A stretch of 63,931 nt of DNA, counting the filler, from Octopus bimaculoides (Eukaryota): the NCBI RefSeq assembly GCF_001194135.2. It is 6 parts of 6 records of this genome, joined end to end, with 100 filler letters (N's around TTAATTAATTAA, not from the genome) between each part and the next. Parts side by side here need not be neighbours in the genome. Positions count along the whole stretch, not along the records: positions 39,256 to 62,513 come from NC_068988.1; positions 62,614 to 63,931 come from NW_026329482.1; 4 more parts are not named here. The stretch is one strand, 5' to 3'. Both the position numbers and the translations under genes were made by a program. Positions 52,187 to 63,931 of the stretch are shown piece by piece; position 1 is the stretch's first letter, and the number at the start of each line of letters is the position of its first letter. The notes below the pieces were generated by a model. That model was not told the origin of the DNA. It did no database searches and worked only from the letters and a program-made list of their open reading frames with translations.

Positions 52187-52812
52187 ATATATATGTATAT
52201 ATAGTAAATTAAAAAAATGAAGAACAAGCACAAAAAAAGAACAACACGAGGACGTGGTACATGTAAAGTATTAGCAGATGTTCAGGGAAGGAAAGAAAGG
52301 TGGTTTTTANNNNNNNNNNNNNNNNNNNNNNNNNNNNNNNNNNNNNNNNNNNNNNNNNNNNNNNNNNNNNNNNNNNNNNNNNNNNNNNNNNNNNNNNNNN
52401 NNNNNNNNNNNNNNNNNNNNNNNNNNNNNNNNNNNNNNNNNNNNNNNNNNNNNNNNNNNNNNNNNNNNNNNNNNNNNNNNNNNNNNNNNNNNNNNNNNNN
52501 NNNNNNNNNNNNNNNNNNNNNNNNNNNNNNNNNNNNNNNNNNNNNNNNNNNNNNNNNNNNNNNNNNNNNNNNNNNNNNNNNNNNNNNNNNNNNNNNNNNN
52601 NNNNNNNNNNNNNNNNNNNNNNNNNNNNNNNNNNNNNNNNNNNNNNNNNNNNNNNNNNNNNNNNNNNNNNNNNNNNNNNNNNNNNNNNNNNNNNNNNNNN
52701 NNNNNNNNNNNNNNNNNNNNNNNNNNNNNNNNNNNNNNNNNNNNNNNNNNNNNNNNNNNNNNNNNNNNNNNNNNNNNNNNNNNNNNNNNNNNNNNNNNTA
52801 TATATATATATA

Positions 52813-53137
52813 TCTGACTGTTGCCAGTACTGCCTGACTGGCCTTGTAGGGTTTTCGAGCGAGATCGTTGCCAGTGCCCCTGGACTGGCTCTTGTGCGGG
52901 TGGCACATAAAAGACACCATTTCGAGTGTGGCCGTTTTCGTGCGGGTGACACGTAAAAGCACCCACTACACTCTCTGAGTGGTTGGCGTTAGGAAGGGCA
53001 TCCAGCTGTAGAAACTCTGCCAAATTAGATTGGAGCCTGGTGTAGCCATCCGGTTTCACCAGTCCTCAGTCAAATCGTCCAACCCATGCTAGCATGGAAA
53101 GCGGACGTTAAACGATGATGATGATGATGATGATGAT
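52813..53137 (+). mobile_element. repeat family E, young copy
   Basis: CpGs retained; (GAT)n tail. Confidence 0.85.
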
Positions 53138-53525
53138 ATATAGTCCACAGATGAGATCCAGAGATTCTCCATATAGAAAAAACTTTGTCGTTCTCAAAGC
53201 TGTCTGCTATAGCCCTGGGCTTACCAATGCATTCTAAATTCCGGTTCCCATGGGCTGGACAGTTTGTTAGGAGTTTGCAAGCCAGAGGGTTGCACCAGGC
53301 TCCAGTCGTCTATTTTGGTATGGTTTCTACTGCTGGATACCCTTTCTAACACCAACCATTTTACAGAGTGAACTGGGTACTTTTAATGTGGTACCATAAA
53401 ATAGAACCATGTATATGTTATATGTACATACATACATAAATACATACATACATACATACATACATACATAGATGCATGCATGAGAATACATACATAAAGC
53501 AAAACATACAAATATGCACATATAT

Positions 53526-53556
<31 letters not shown>

Positions 53557-54585
53557 CATGCATACATACATACATACATACATATGTACGTACATAAATA
53601 TATACACACATACAAACAAAAATACTCTGTTGTTGATGTTGACATTCCAATGAAGGAGCCTTGGATCTAGATTAGAAACCAGTTCTTTCTCTATTGGCAA
53701 GAAATCTTGAAATAAAACTAAGCAATTACATACATACATACATACATATATACATACATTCAAACATACACACACACATACACATATATGTGTGTGTGCG
53801 TGTGCATGTGTGTGTGTGTGTGTGTATCCAACATAGGATGTTTTAGAAAACCCAAAGCAGATTTAAAGTATTCTGCTGTGTCTGGGGAGAGTCATTTTCT
53901 TTTTGTGCCTTATAATTTAACACACACACTGGTAAAATTTCCACTTATTTCTTATTTTATTTTTCTAAAATTTTCATTGCATTTTCAATAGTTTAAAGTA
54001 GTTTTATATTACAGACTGTTAAATGTTTTGCAATGGCACTTTAAACAGATGTGCATGCATTTTTTAATTCTCTTTATGCACTGGAAATAAAGAAAAACCT
54101 GTCTTGATATATATTTTACATGTTGCTGAGACCACTTTAGCAGGGAAAAGTACCCCCTAGTTCCTTTGCCAATGAAGAAAACTTACAGGAAATATCTATT
54201 TAACTCAGACATAAATTACAACTTACCTGTAATGGCTAGACTAATCTACTCACCAGGCATCTGTTACAAGAACGATTAAATAATAAATATTTATGCACCA
54301 CACAGCATGTATTAGGAAACCTAAGCCAAAAAGCTTTAAAATCACAGTTTATTTGCTTTGAATTTATCTTAGGTTTTTTGATTACATGCTAAGTTTTGCA
54401 TACACTTGTACGGCACAGTGTACCTGTAATACAATGGACCAGTGTTGTCATGCTGAGTCTGACTTTTGCTATAGCTCTGTGGTTAAGAAATCTGCTTTCG
54501 TACTTTGGGCCAGTGTCTCCTACTCTAGCCCTGGTCCAACAAAAGCCTTGTGAATGGATTTAGCAGATGGAAACTGAAAGAATTC

Positions 54586-54820
54586 TTATTTCTTTATTGC
54601 CCACAAGGGGCTAAACATAGAGGGGACAAACAAGGACAGACAAAGGGATTAAGTCGATTACATCGATCCCCAGTGCGTAACTGGTACTTAATTTATCGAC
54701 CCCGAAAGGATGAAAGGCAAAGTCGACCTTGGCGGAATTTGAACTCAGAACGTAGTTGCACACGAAATACTGCTAAGCATTTCGCCCAGTTTGCTAACGA
54801 GTCTGCCAGCTCACTGCCCT
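54586..54820 (-). mobile_element. SINE family B inserted into a family A remnant
   Basis: Flanked by CTGAAAGAATTC at 54574-54585 and 54821-54832 (TSD). Confidence 0.88.
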
Positions 54821-54973
54821 CTGAAAGAATTCAGAAACTGAAAGAATTCTGCTGTTTGTATGTATATCTGTGTGTGTGTGTGTATGCATGTGTGCATGTG
54901 TATGTGGTGGTAATGGTGATGATGATGATGATGACACAAATGTCTCTGGAATGCTCAGCAAACTCAAACTCAC

Positions 54974-55046
54974 ACTATAATTTGATGAGTATTTAGTTTC
55001 ATTGATCGAACAACTGGAATATTCGTCATTGAAACCAATGGCGTAT
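54974..55046 (-). CDS. candidate exon: (x)YAIGFNDEYSSCSINETKYSSNYS or (D)TPLVSMTNIPVVRSMKLNTHQII
   Basis: TTAGCAG acceptor and strong GTGAGT donor; 3 CpGs retained in a CpG-poor region; two frames are open. Confidence 0.3.
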
Positions 55047-55937
55047 CTGCTAATGTAACATTGATTATGTCATGTTTAAGAATAAAATGTTTTGGACATT
55101 TATTATCTTTACTTTTGAAAAATTTGGAAATGTGGTTGATGTCTTTCTTCTCCCAGTTATGAAGGAAAACAGCCAGAGTTCTAAGAAACACAAATATACA
55201 AGCACACGCAGACACATACACACATATTTACATGTGCAGACACACACACACATACAAATTCACAGGTACACTCAAATTCACAATGACTCACACAGATTAA
55301 CACCCACAAATTCGCACACACACACACACACATACAATTTCACACACACAAAAATACACACACATGCACATACACACACATGAACACACACACACACACA
55401 CAAAAATACATGAACACATACACACACACACACACACACACAAACACATGCGTGTGCACACACATGCGCATACACACAAAAAGATTTTTATTTCTAATTA
55501 CTATTAACCGTTTTCTAATTGACTTTTTACTTCATCTTCTTTTTGTTGTTGTTGTTATTGTCGTGTTTCCATTTCAGTTACTGTTCTTCTTTTTAATCAG
55601 CTGACAACGAGAACACGAACAGCTGTTAGACATGGTATTTAATTAACAGAAATAACAAAGCACCTGCCGAAACATGAAACACTATATTCCCTATCAGCAT
55701 GTTTATACTCAAGGGTTTTAAGTAACACATCTTTCTAACTAGGAGTTGTAAATAATACAACAACCTCAAACCTCACAGACTGGAAGGAAAGCTAACGGGA
55801 ACTTAGATATAGAATTATTGGGAGAGCCATACAGTAAACATGAGTATTTTCCTGCGGTAGGTGTACATGTGGCTGTGTGGTAAGAAGTTTGCTTCCTAAG
55901 CACATGGTTTGGGTTCAGTTCCATTGTGTGGCCCTAC

Positions 55938-55973
<36 letters not shown>

Positions 55974-56124
55974 TTGTTGTAGTAGTAGAGTTCTGTAATC
56001 TATCGGGTTGTTAGGACGTTATTGAGGGTTTTGAGTGGCATGTCCTTCTAACTAGCATCTGTGAACAATAGACCACTCTTTAAGATTCACAAATAGAAAA
56101 TAGTTAGAGAAAGTAAGATATGGT

Positions 56125-56360
56125 ACTCTGCTGGTTACGACAATGAGGGTTCCAGTTGCTCCAATCGATGGAACAGCCTGTTTGTGAAATTAAAGAGTAA
56201 GTAGCTGAGTATTCCACTAAGATGTGTACTCTTAATGTAGTTCTCAGGGAGTTCCAGAGTGACACAGAATGTGGCAAGGCTGGCCCTTTGAAATACAGGT
56301 ATTGTTCATTTTTGCCAGCTGAGTAGACTGGAGCAATGTGAATAAGTGTCTTGCTCAAGG
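56125..56360 (-). mobile_element. 3' part of family C repeat
   Basis: Reverse complement resembles 7750-7915. Confidence 0.7.
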
Positions 56361-56427
56361 TAGACCCATTGAATTAAACAAGAATGAACACACAAATTAA
56401 TCTTTAATTTTCACCCACTTCTTGTAC

Positions 56428-56526
56428 CATCAGTCAGACAAACAACTCTTTCATTTTCTGCTTGGGTAAGAGGATACAATATTCTCGAAGTAACTAAAAA
56501 TTTATTCAACAAACATTCTTTTTCCT
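56428..56526 (-). CDS. candidate exon: (E)EKECLLNKFLVTSRILYPLTQAENERVVCLTD
   Basis: Pyrimidine tract with TAAG acceptor, G|GTACAA donor, 32 open codons. Confidence 0.22.
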
Positions 56527-57433
56527 CTTAAATTTGTGGGAGAGAAGGAAGCAATCTGGATGACTTCTTAAGTTGAGCCGGATTCATAAATTTGTATGGA
56601 AAGGACAAATAGATCATGTCATGTATAAGCTACAACAAATTTCAGAAAGTGTTTTCTTGAGAAATGAGAAACAAAGTTAACCCCAGTAGGATTTGAACTT
56701 CAAATACAGAGGTACAAAATTGAACAACAACAGCAACACTAGCAATGGCAGCAACAACAGTAACAAGATCATCATCATCATCATCATCAAAAAAACCACC
56801 ACCACCACCACCATCATTATCATCATCATCATCAGTAGCAGCAATTTAATATCCAGCTTTCAATGTTGGTAAGGATTGGCTGGGTCTACCATGCAGTGAA
56901 TTCACCCCTCATCTCAGTATTTTGTTGGTCCTTATATCAATCTCAGTTTTCCCACTAAAATCTGACCTCGTTTTTCTCTTACCAAACCCTTCCTCAACCT
57001 TTTTCTTTCCCATGTACCTCTCACAACACTTTTCCTCACAACATTTGCAAGCACACCTATACGAATTTCCTGTCAAGCGATGTTTTCTATACCCAGTTAC
57101 CCATTTCGTTCACTGATGTTCACTGTTCTGTATAGGTTTAATATTAAACATTCAACACACCTCATTACTCTTTAACCTCTATAGATCTTCATCAATCAAA
57201 GCCCTTGTCTCATCAGTAAGCCACATCGCATGTCTTACATGCTTCATATAACCTGTCTTTAATACATAACTAACAAAGGAATCTCTCAGGGGTTAGAGGT
57301 GACTGACTGTTATATAATATTAGACTGAATGGTACTTCAAGCATATCAGGTGACAGGAGACATAATAAGGAGAGATTATCTAAGTTATGGGCTTTACATA
57401 GAAATTAAATGAGATAAAACGTAAAAGTATATA

Positions 57434-58001
57434 TGTGGGTGAGACAAAAAGCAATGCCATTTTGTTTAGGACAGGTATAACTACCAACACAAGAACATGT
57501 ATCATACATCAAAATGAAGCTAGTCCTCTGTGGATCACATCCCTACTTCTCAACATAGTCACCATTTCTCTGAATAGCAATGTTCAACCTTCGAATGAGC
57601 GCATGTATCCCTACCCCGTAAAATTCTGTTGACTGTTCTTTGAGCCACTTCTTTACTACAGCTTTCACTTCCTCATCACCGGAATATTTTAGTGCCTTCA
57701 GACTATTATCTCTTCGGCCCCTTGAAAGAGGGTTTGAGAGGCAGACATTATTCCAGTGACGAGGAAGTGAAAACTGTAGTGAAGAAGTGGCTCAAAGAAC
57801 AGTCAAGAGAATTTTACGGGGCAGGGATACATGCTCTCATTCGAAGGTTGAACATTGCTATTCAGAGAAACGGTGACTATGTTGAGAAGTAGGGATGTGA
57901 TCCACAGAAGACCAGCTTCATTTTGATGATTGATACATGTTCCTGTGTTGGAAGTTATACCTGTCCTAAACAAAATGGCATTACTTTTTGACTTACCCTC
58001 G
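57434..58001. mobile_element. mariner-derived foldback element with about 250-bp inverted arms
   Basis: Right arm encodes mariner transposase C-terminus PSDYYLFGPLKEGLRGRHYSSDEEVK..RNGDYVEK*; left arm is its inverted copy; TA at both ends. Confidence 0.9.
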
Positions 58002-59369
58002 TACAATACATAAGAGATGACTGAGTTCTGATGATAAAGAAGAGCCTCCAACTAGGACACATTGAGGAATCCTACACATATACAGATCACTCTGACCAAT
58101 AAGGACGAGTGCCCAGGTACAGAACATGTGCATGTAGAATGGTTTCATTACTTTGTACATGTCTTAGACAAGTCTTAGACATGTCTTGGACATGTTTTGA
58201 ACAAGCCTGTCCAATGGTACATTGAAGAATTTACCTTGAACTGGTAGTGCTCATCAGTAGCCTCATAACAAATATTACCATTGTTGATTTATATATATAT
58301 AACTGTTTACTAAAATAACAACGTCAGAAAACTAAACAAAACAAGTCACCAAGCCCTCTCTTTTGTTATTTTTGTTATTATAAAGAATAAAAATAACCTG
58401 CACTTAAGATTTAAAACAACAATAAAGAAAACACATCACATATATAGACCATTGTTTGCTCTTCTTTAGATCAAAAAGGTGTGTTCCGTGAATAGAATGT
58501 TGGTGATAAAGAATGACTTTTAGCATGCGTACATAGACAAACAAACACATCATGACATGTAGTTTACTTCCAGTAGATAACCTTATACGTTTTTTTCCAT
58601 TTTCATCTGTGTATACATACACACTATATAGGTGCAAGTATGACTGTGTGGTTGGGGAAAGTCTGCTTCCTGAGTGCCTGGTTTTGGGTTCAGTCCCACA
58701 GCATGGCATCTTGGGCAAGTGTTTTTTTTTTATAGCAGCTTTGGACTGACCAAAGACTTAGGAGTGGATTTGGTTGATGGAAACCGAAAGAAGCCTATAG
58801 AATATATTTATGTGTGTGCGTGTGTGTGTGTGTGTGTGAGTTAGTGAGTGCATGTATGTTTGTGTCTCTTTGCTTTGACATCACATGATTGTTATAAATA
58901 AGTGTCACTCACCATCATCATCATCATCGTCATCATCATCATCATTGTTTAACATCTGCCTTCCATGCTGGCATGTTATACAATATTCTATGAAGACATA
59001 TTTGACCATGGAAAAGTATTAACTCACTTGGAAATGGGTAAGGCTTGGCAACAGGAAAGGCATCCAGCCATGTGTGTATACACACACACACACACACATA
59101 TGTATGTAGATATAGATGTATATACAATAGGACCTTTCTCAGTTATGACCCATCAAAATTCCCTCAGAAGGATTTTGTTAACCTGAGGTTGCAGCAGATA
59201 ACACTTGCATCAAGATGCTCTGCAGTAGGACCCACCAAGCCCTGTCTTTAGCTATTTTTGTTGTTATAAAGAAAAAAAATCTACACATAAGATTTAAAAC
59301 AACAAAGAAAATACAATTCCTGTGAGTATGCCCAGCACTTTGCCATCATCTCACTCTTGCTCTCTCTCT

Positions 59370-59690
59370 TTTGCACTCTTACTGTCTCCCACTCTCTCTC
59401 TCTCTCTCTCCTCCTGCTCTTCCTTCAGGCTGGGTACCCATGTATTTCCTTTACAGCAGCACACCTGTTTCTGTCCTCATTCTTGATCCCCCCCCTCTCT
59501 CTCTCTCTCTCCCTCTCTCTCTCTCCCTCTCTCTCTCTCCCTCTCTCTCTCCCTCTACCCCCCTCTCCTTCTCTCTCTCACTCCCCCTTTCTCTCCCTCT
59601 CTCTCTCCCTCTCTCCCTCTCCCTCTCCTTCTCTCTCTCTCCCTCTCTCTCCCTCTCCCCCCCCTCTCTCTCCCTCCTTCTCTCTCTCTT
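59370..59690. repeat. degenerate (CT)n/(CCCTCT)n polypyrimidine tract
   Basis: Direct low-complexity repeat. Confidence 0.9.
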
Positions 59691-60107
59691 GCTGGGTAAC
59701 CATGTACCTCTTCTACAGTAAGACACTTGTTTTTGTATCTCTGGCTCACTATAACCTTTCATCATCTGATACAAGATCACCTCCAACCAACACTCCCTCC
59801 CAACTCAAAGGATCTATGTCTTGCAAGTTAAGTGATGACCCTGCCAGTGCTAATGTCATGTAAAAAGCATCCAGCCGACACTGTAAAGTGGTTGGCATTT
59901 GGAAGGGCATCCAGCTGTAAAAACCATGCCAAAACTGACCTCGCCTGTGCTTGTGCTCTGTAAAAAGCGTTCAGTCCACTCTGCTGGGTTTTTGGTGTTA
60001 GGAAAAGTATCCAGCTGTAAAAACCTTGCCAAAACAAACACATGAGTCTGGTGCATGCTCCTGTCAAACCGTCCAACCCATGCCAGCATGGAAGGCGGAT
60101 GTTAAAC

Positions 60108-60150
<43 letters not shown>
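59690..60150 (+). mobile_element. repeat family E, longer and CpG-decayed copy (another at about 61300-61612)
   Basis: Shared GGAAGGGCATCCAGCTGT and GCATGGAAGGCGGATGTTAAACGATGATG motifs. Confidence 0.75.
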
Positions 60151-60158
<8 letters not shown>

Positions 60159-60389
60159 ATATAAATATATATATATACATATATACTTCATTTTTATATC
60201 TGGTTTGCAAGCTTCTTATACATACATATATATATATATANNNNNNNNNNNNNNNNNNNNNNNNNNNNNNNNNNNNNNNNNNNNNNNNNNNNNNNNNNNN
60301 NNNNNNNNNNNNNNNNNNNNNNNNNNNNNNNNNNNNNNNNNNNNNNNNNNNNNNNNNNNNNNNNNNNNNNNNNNNNNNNNNNNNNNNNN

Positions 60390-60454
<65 letters not shown>

Positions 60455-60501
60455 TATTTCAACTTTAGTTTACAGACTTATAACTGTTTTGATCATTTCA
60501 C

Positions 60502-60589
60502 CTTTTTTACAAGAGGACAGCACCTCCATCTTCACCCTCAACACTAACTTCTCTTTCGGGTCAAGCTTGAAAAAGTTGATGAGGACTGA
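60502..60589 (-). CDS. candidate exon: SVLINFFKLDPKEKLVLRVKMEVLSSCKK(G)
   Basis: CTTCTTTTCCAG acceptor, AAG|GTGAAA donor, single open frame. Confidence 0.25.
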
Positions 60590-61731
60590 CTGGAAAAGAA
60601 GACATCTATCTCCAGTCTTTTTCAGCCTCAACCTCTTTTGCCATAGCTACCAGATGGAACAAAAGTTCCTTCCATTCTTGATTAAAGATGGGCGACAAGG
60701 GTGATGATGTTTGTGGTGAACTCAACCAACAGCCAGATCCATCCTTTATATGACAACAGCCGTTTGACAACTGCATCAGTCAGTCAACATCCAGAATAGT
60801 TTTGTTGATCAGCATGTACCTTGAAAAGACTTGTTTGATTGGCTGTGCCTCTATGTCTATGCAGTTTGCCTTGAGCTATTAGGACTCATCAGTAGTAGAA
60901 CCACAATTACTATCATTGTTGATATAAAAAGAATGTCAATACAAAACAAGATCAATTATTTGAAACCAATATAAAACAAGATCAATGGTTGAAGAGCATT
61001 GATCCTTTCAAAATTAGTGCAAAATGATAGCATGAAAAAACAAATTGATGCTAAAATATTTTTAAGCTATTTTTTTCAACCTACCTAGAGACTTTTCTCA
61101 TTTGCCCTATATTTGAAACTAACGTATTTAACTCTGGTTCCCAAAACATAGTGTCTTAGTTTCTGAACACCATAGGATATACAAACATGATGCATCAATG
61201 TAGCTTCTCAGCTATAATAAAATATTATAAACGTTTTAATTTATGTATTGAGTTCTACTTCTCCTGTTTGTATAAACAATTTTCTCTCTCTCTTTCGTTA
61301 TTTGATACAAGATCATCTCCTCCAATGACCCCTCTCTTCCCCCAAGTTCCTTGTCTTGCAAGTTACTTGGTGACCCTGCTGGTGTTGGTGCCATGTAAAA
61401 AGCATTCAGACTGCTCTGCAGGGTGGGTGATGTTAGGAAGGGCATCCAACCACAAGAACCCAACCAAAACAGACAAAGTGGTCTGGAGTAGTCTTCTACC
61501 TGGCCAGCTCCTCTCAAACTGTCCAACACATACCAGCATAGGTAGACATGTCAGTGTAGGAAGGTAGACCCATACCAGCATAGGAAGGTAGACATTAAAC
61601 GATGATGATGATACACACACACATACACACACATATGTATGTATGCATATGTGTGTGTACATACATACATACATACATACATACATACATGCATGCATGC
61701 ATGCATACATACATACATATATTTATATATA

Positions 61732-62108
61732 TTGGGTTGGTGCATAATTATTGCAGCTTTTTTCTTACAAATTTTATTCAACAAAAACAATAACAGCACA
61801 TAACAAAAACATCTTTAAATGATTATTCCGGAGCATATTCACCATCTACTTCAATTACTGCTTCCCATTTGCTTGGCAGATGGTCAAACCGTCATTTAAA
61901 GATGTTTTTCGNNNNNNNNNNTTCCCATTTGCTTGGCAGATGGTCAAACCGTCATTTAAAGATGTTTTTCGTTAAATTTAAAGATGTTTTTCGTTAAATT
62001 TAAAGATGTTTTTCGTTAAATTTAAAGATGTTTTTGTTAAATATTATTATTGTTTTGTTGAATAAAATTTGATTTAAAAAAAGCCGCAATAATTATGCAC
62101 CAACCCAA
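61732..62108. mobile_element. mariner-type MITE with an internal 22-bp tandem repeat
   Basis: TIRs TTGGGTTGGTGCATAATTATTGC / GCAATAATTATGCACCAACCCAA flanked by TA. Confidence 0.88.
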
Positions 62109-62457
62109 TATGTATGTACAAAAAGTGAATAAGTATGGAAGTCTGAAGTTCAATCAATCAAGGCAGGTGGGTGGCTTGCAATGAGACAGAAAATGAAATT
62201 GGATTTCTTCTTTCTCTCTTCCATCATCCCCCAGATAGATCATCAAGACTTCTGCACATATACATAGAAACATAAATGCTCAACATGCACTCACACATAT
62301 ATACACTTAGAGACAAATGCATGCTTACAAACACAAACACAAACACACAAACATACACATACATGAACAGACATGCTAAACCGGAAACACTATAGACAGA
62401 ACCAAATAGATTCTAATTTGACTAAAAACACATAACAGAGATGGAGTGGGAGGGCTG

Positions 62458-62494
<37 letters not shown>

Positions 62495-62929
62495 ATATAT
62501 ATATATATATATANNNNNNNNNNNNNNNNNNNNNNNNNNNNNNNNNNNNNNNNNNNNTTAATTAATTAANNNNNNNNNNNNNNNNNNNNNNNNNNNNNNN
62601 NNNNNNNNNNNNNAAACAGTAATAATGCGCTAAAAATATGTGTAGGTAGATGACGTCACATCCACATGATATATGTACATGTAGTGGGGCTATCTTTTTT
62701 GCAGGAAGAGGATAAAGACATAGAGAAGGAAATTCTACACAATTTTGTTTTCTTTTACTTCTATGTGTGTTTATTTCAAAGGGTATATGTGTTTATGCAA
62801 AATGTCAGTATCTTCAAATTTTTATGCAGAGATATCTGCAAGTATATATTTATACATGTGTGTTTGTGGTAATGCAGGAATATGCGTGCGACTGTGAGTG
62901 CATATGTGTACGTGAGGATGTACATAATG

Positions 62930-62935
62930 ATATGT

Positions 62936-62966
<31 letters not shown>

Positions 62967-63600
62967 TATACATATGTATGTATATATATATACCTTAATA
63001 TATATGTGTGTATATATGTATTTATATATATACATATATATGTACATATATATACATACATATATATACATATNNNNNNNNNNTATATACATATATATGT
63101 ACATATATATACATACATATATATACATATATATGTATTTATATATATACATGCATATAGATGTATATATATAAGCACACACATCTATATGTGTGTAAAT
63201 ATATATGTGTGTGTGTTTTTGTATATATATATATATATATATATATNNNNNNNNNNATATATATATATATATATATATATAGATATATATACATACGTAC
63301 ATAGATACATATAAAACACACGCACACGTGTATGTATTAACATATACATGCAATCACACACACACATACATTAATGCTTATACTTTAAATATATTAGTCT
63401 GTAAAATAATATATATGTGTGTGTATGTATATATATATATATATATANNNNNNNNNNATATATATATATATATATATCATAAATATATGCATGTATGCAT
63501 GCATACATATATACATATGTACTACGCATATATACACGTATATATTATCATATGCATATTTTTATATACAAATGTGTAAAATATATATATGCATATAAAA
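62930..63600. repeat. (TA)n/(TACA)n-rich low-complexity region with small gaps
   Basis: Direct tandem repeats. Confidence 0.9.
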
Positions 63601-63931
63601 ATATTTCTTCACATATACATTCTATAAATATATATATTTATATAAGAATAGTATGTATATCTATATAAATATGTTTATATACATATTTGCATACATATAT
63701 GTGTGTGTATGTATCTCTGTGCTTACATAACATTGAGCATATGATACTCATGCAAAAATATGTATGTTATTGTGGACTGTACATAACTATATATGTATAA
63801 ATGCATGTATGCTTGTATATACAATTTACTCCCTTATGAAAATCCGGCGCACTGCCATGTATGTTCATGTATACATACATACATTAAAATGGCAGCGCGC
63901 ATACATATATATACACACATATGTTTGTGTG

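Noticed and set aside
61862-61971. 50-bp direct repeat on either side of a 10-N gap
   Set aside because: Typical unmerged contig overlap next to a tandem repeat.
61944-62040. CRISPR-like repeated 22-mer
   Set aside because: The units are contiguous with no spacers and lie inside a eukaryotic MITE.

Overview
Eukaryotic, AT-rich, microsatellite-saturated genomic DNA with many N gaps. The repeat content (tRNA-derived SINEs, Penelope-like elements, RLE-type LINE tails, mariner/maT and hAT derivatives) points to an octopus-like cephalopod; this is an inference from recalled repeat families, not a database match. Nearly all ORFs in the supplied track are microsatellite or gap artefacts. The only confidently supported host coding sequence is a + strand PDZ-domain exon (33974-34122), with a probable in-frame next exon (39090-39141). 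A set of low-confidence candidate exons suggests a second, unidentified gene on the - strand in the right third, which is markedly CpG-depleted. The most striking unexplained structure is a family of head-to-head palindromic repeats. Each arm joins a tRNA-like Pol III head, an (AAT/AAC)n spacer and a Penelope-type minimal hammerhead ribozyme. About ten hammerhead-like motifs from several element families occur between 3 and 44 kb. Many repeat boundaries are approximate.
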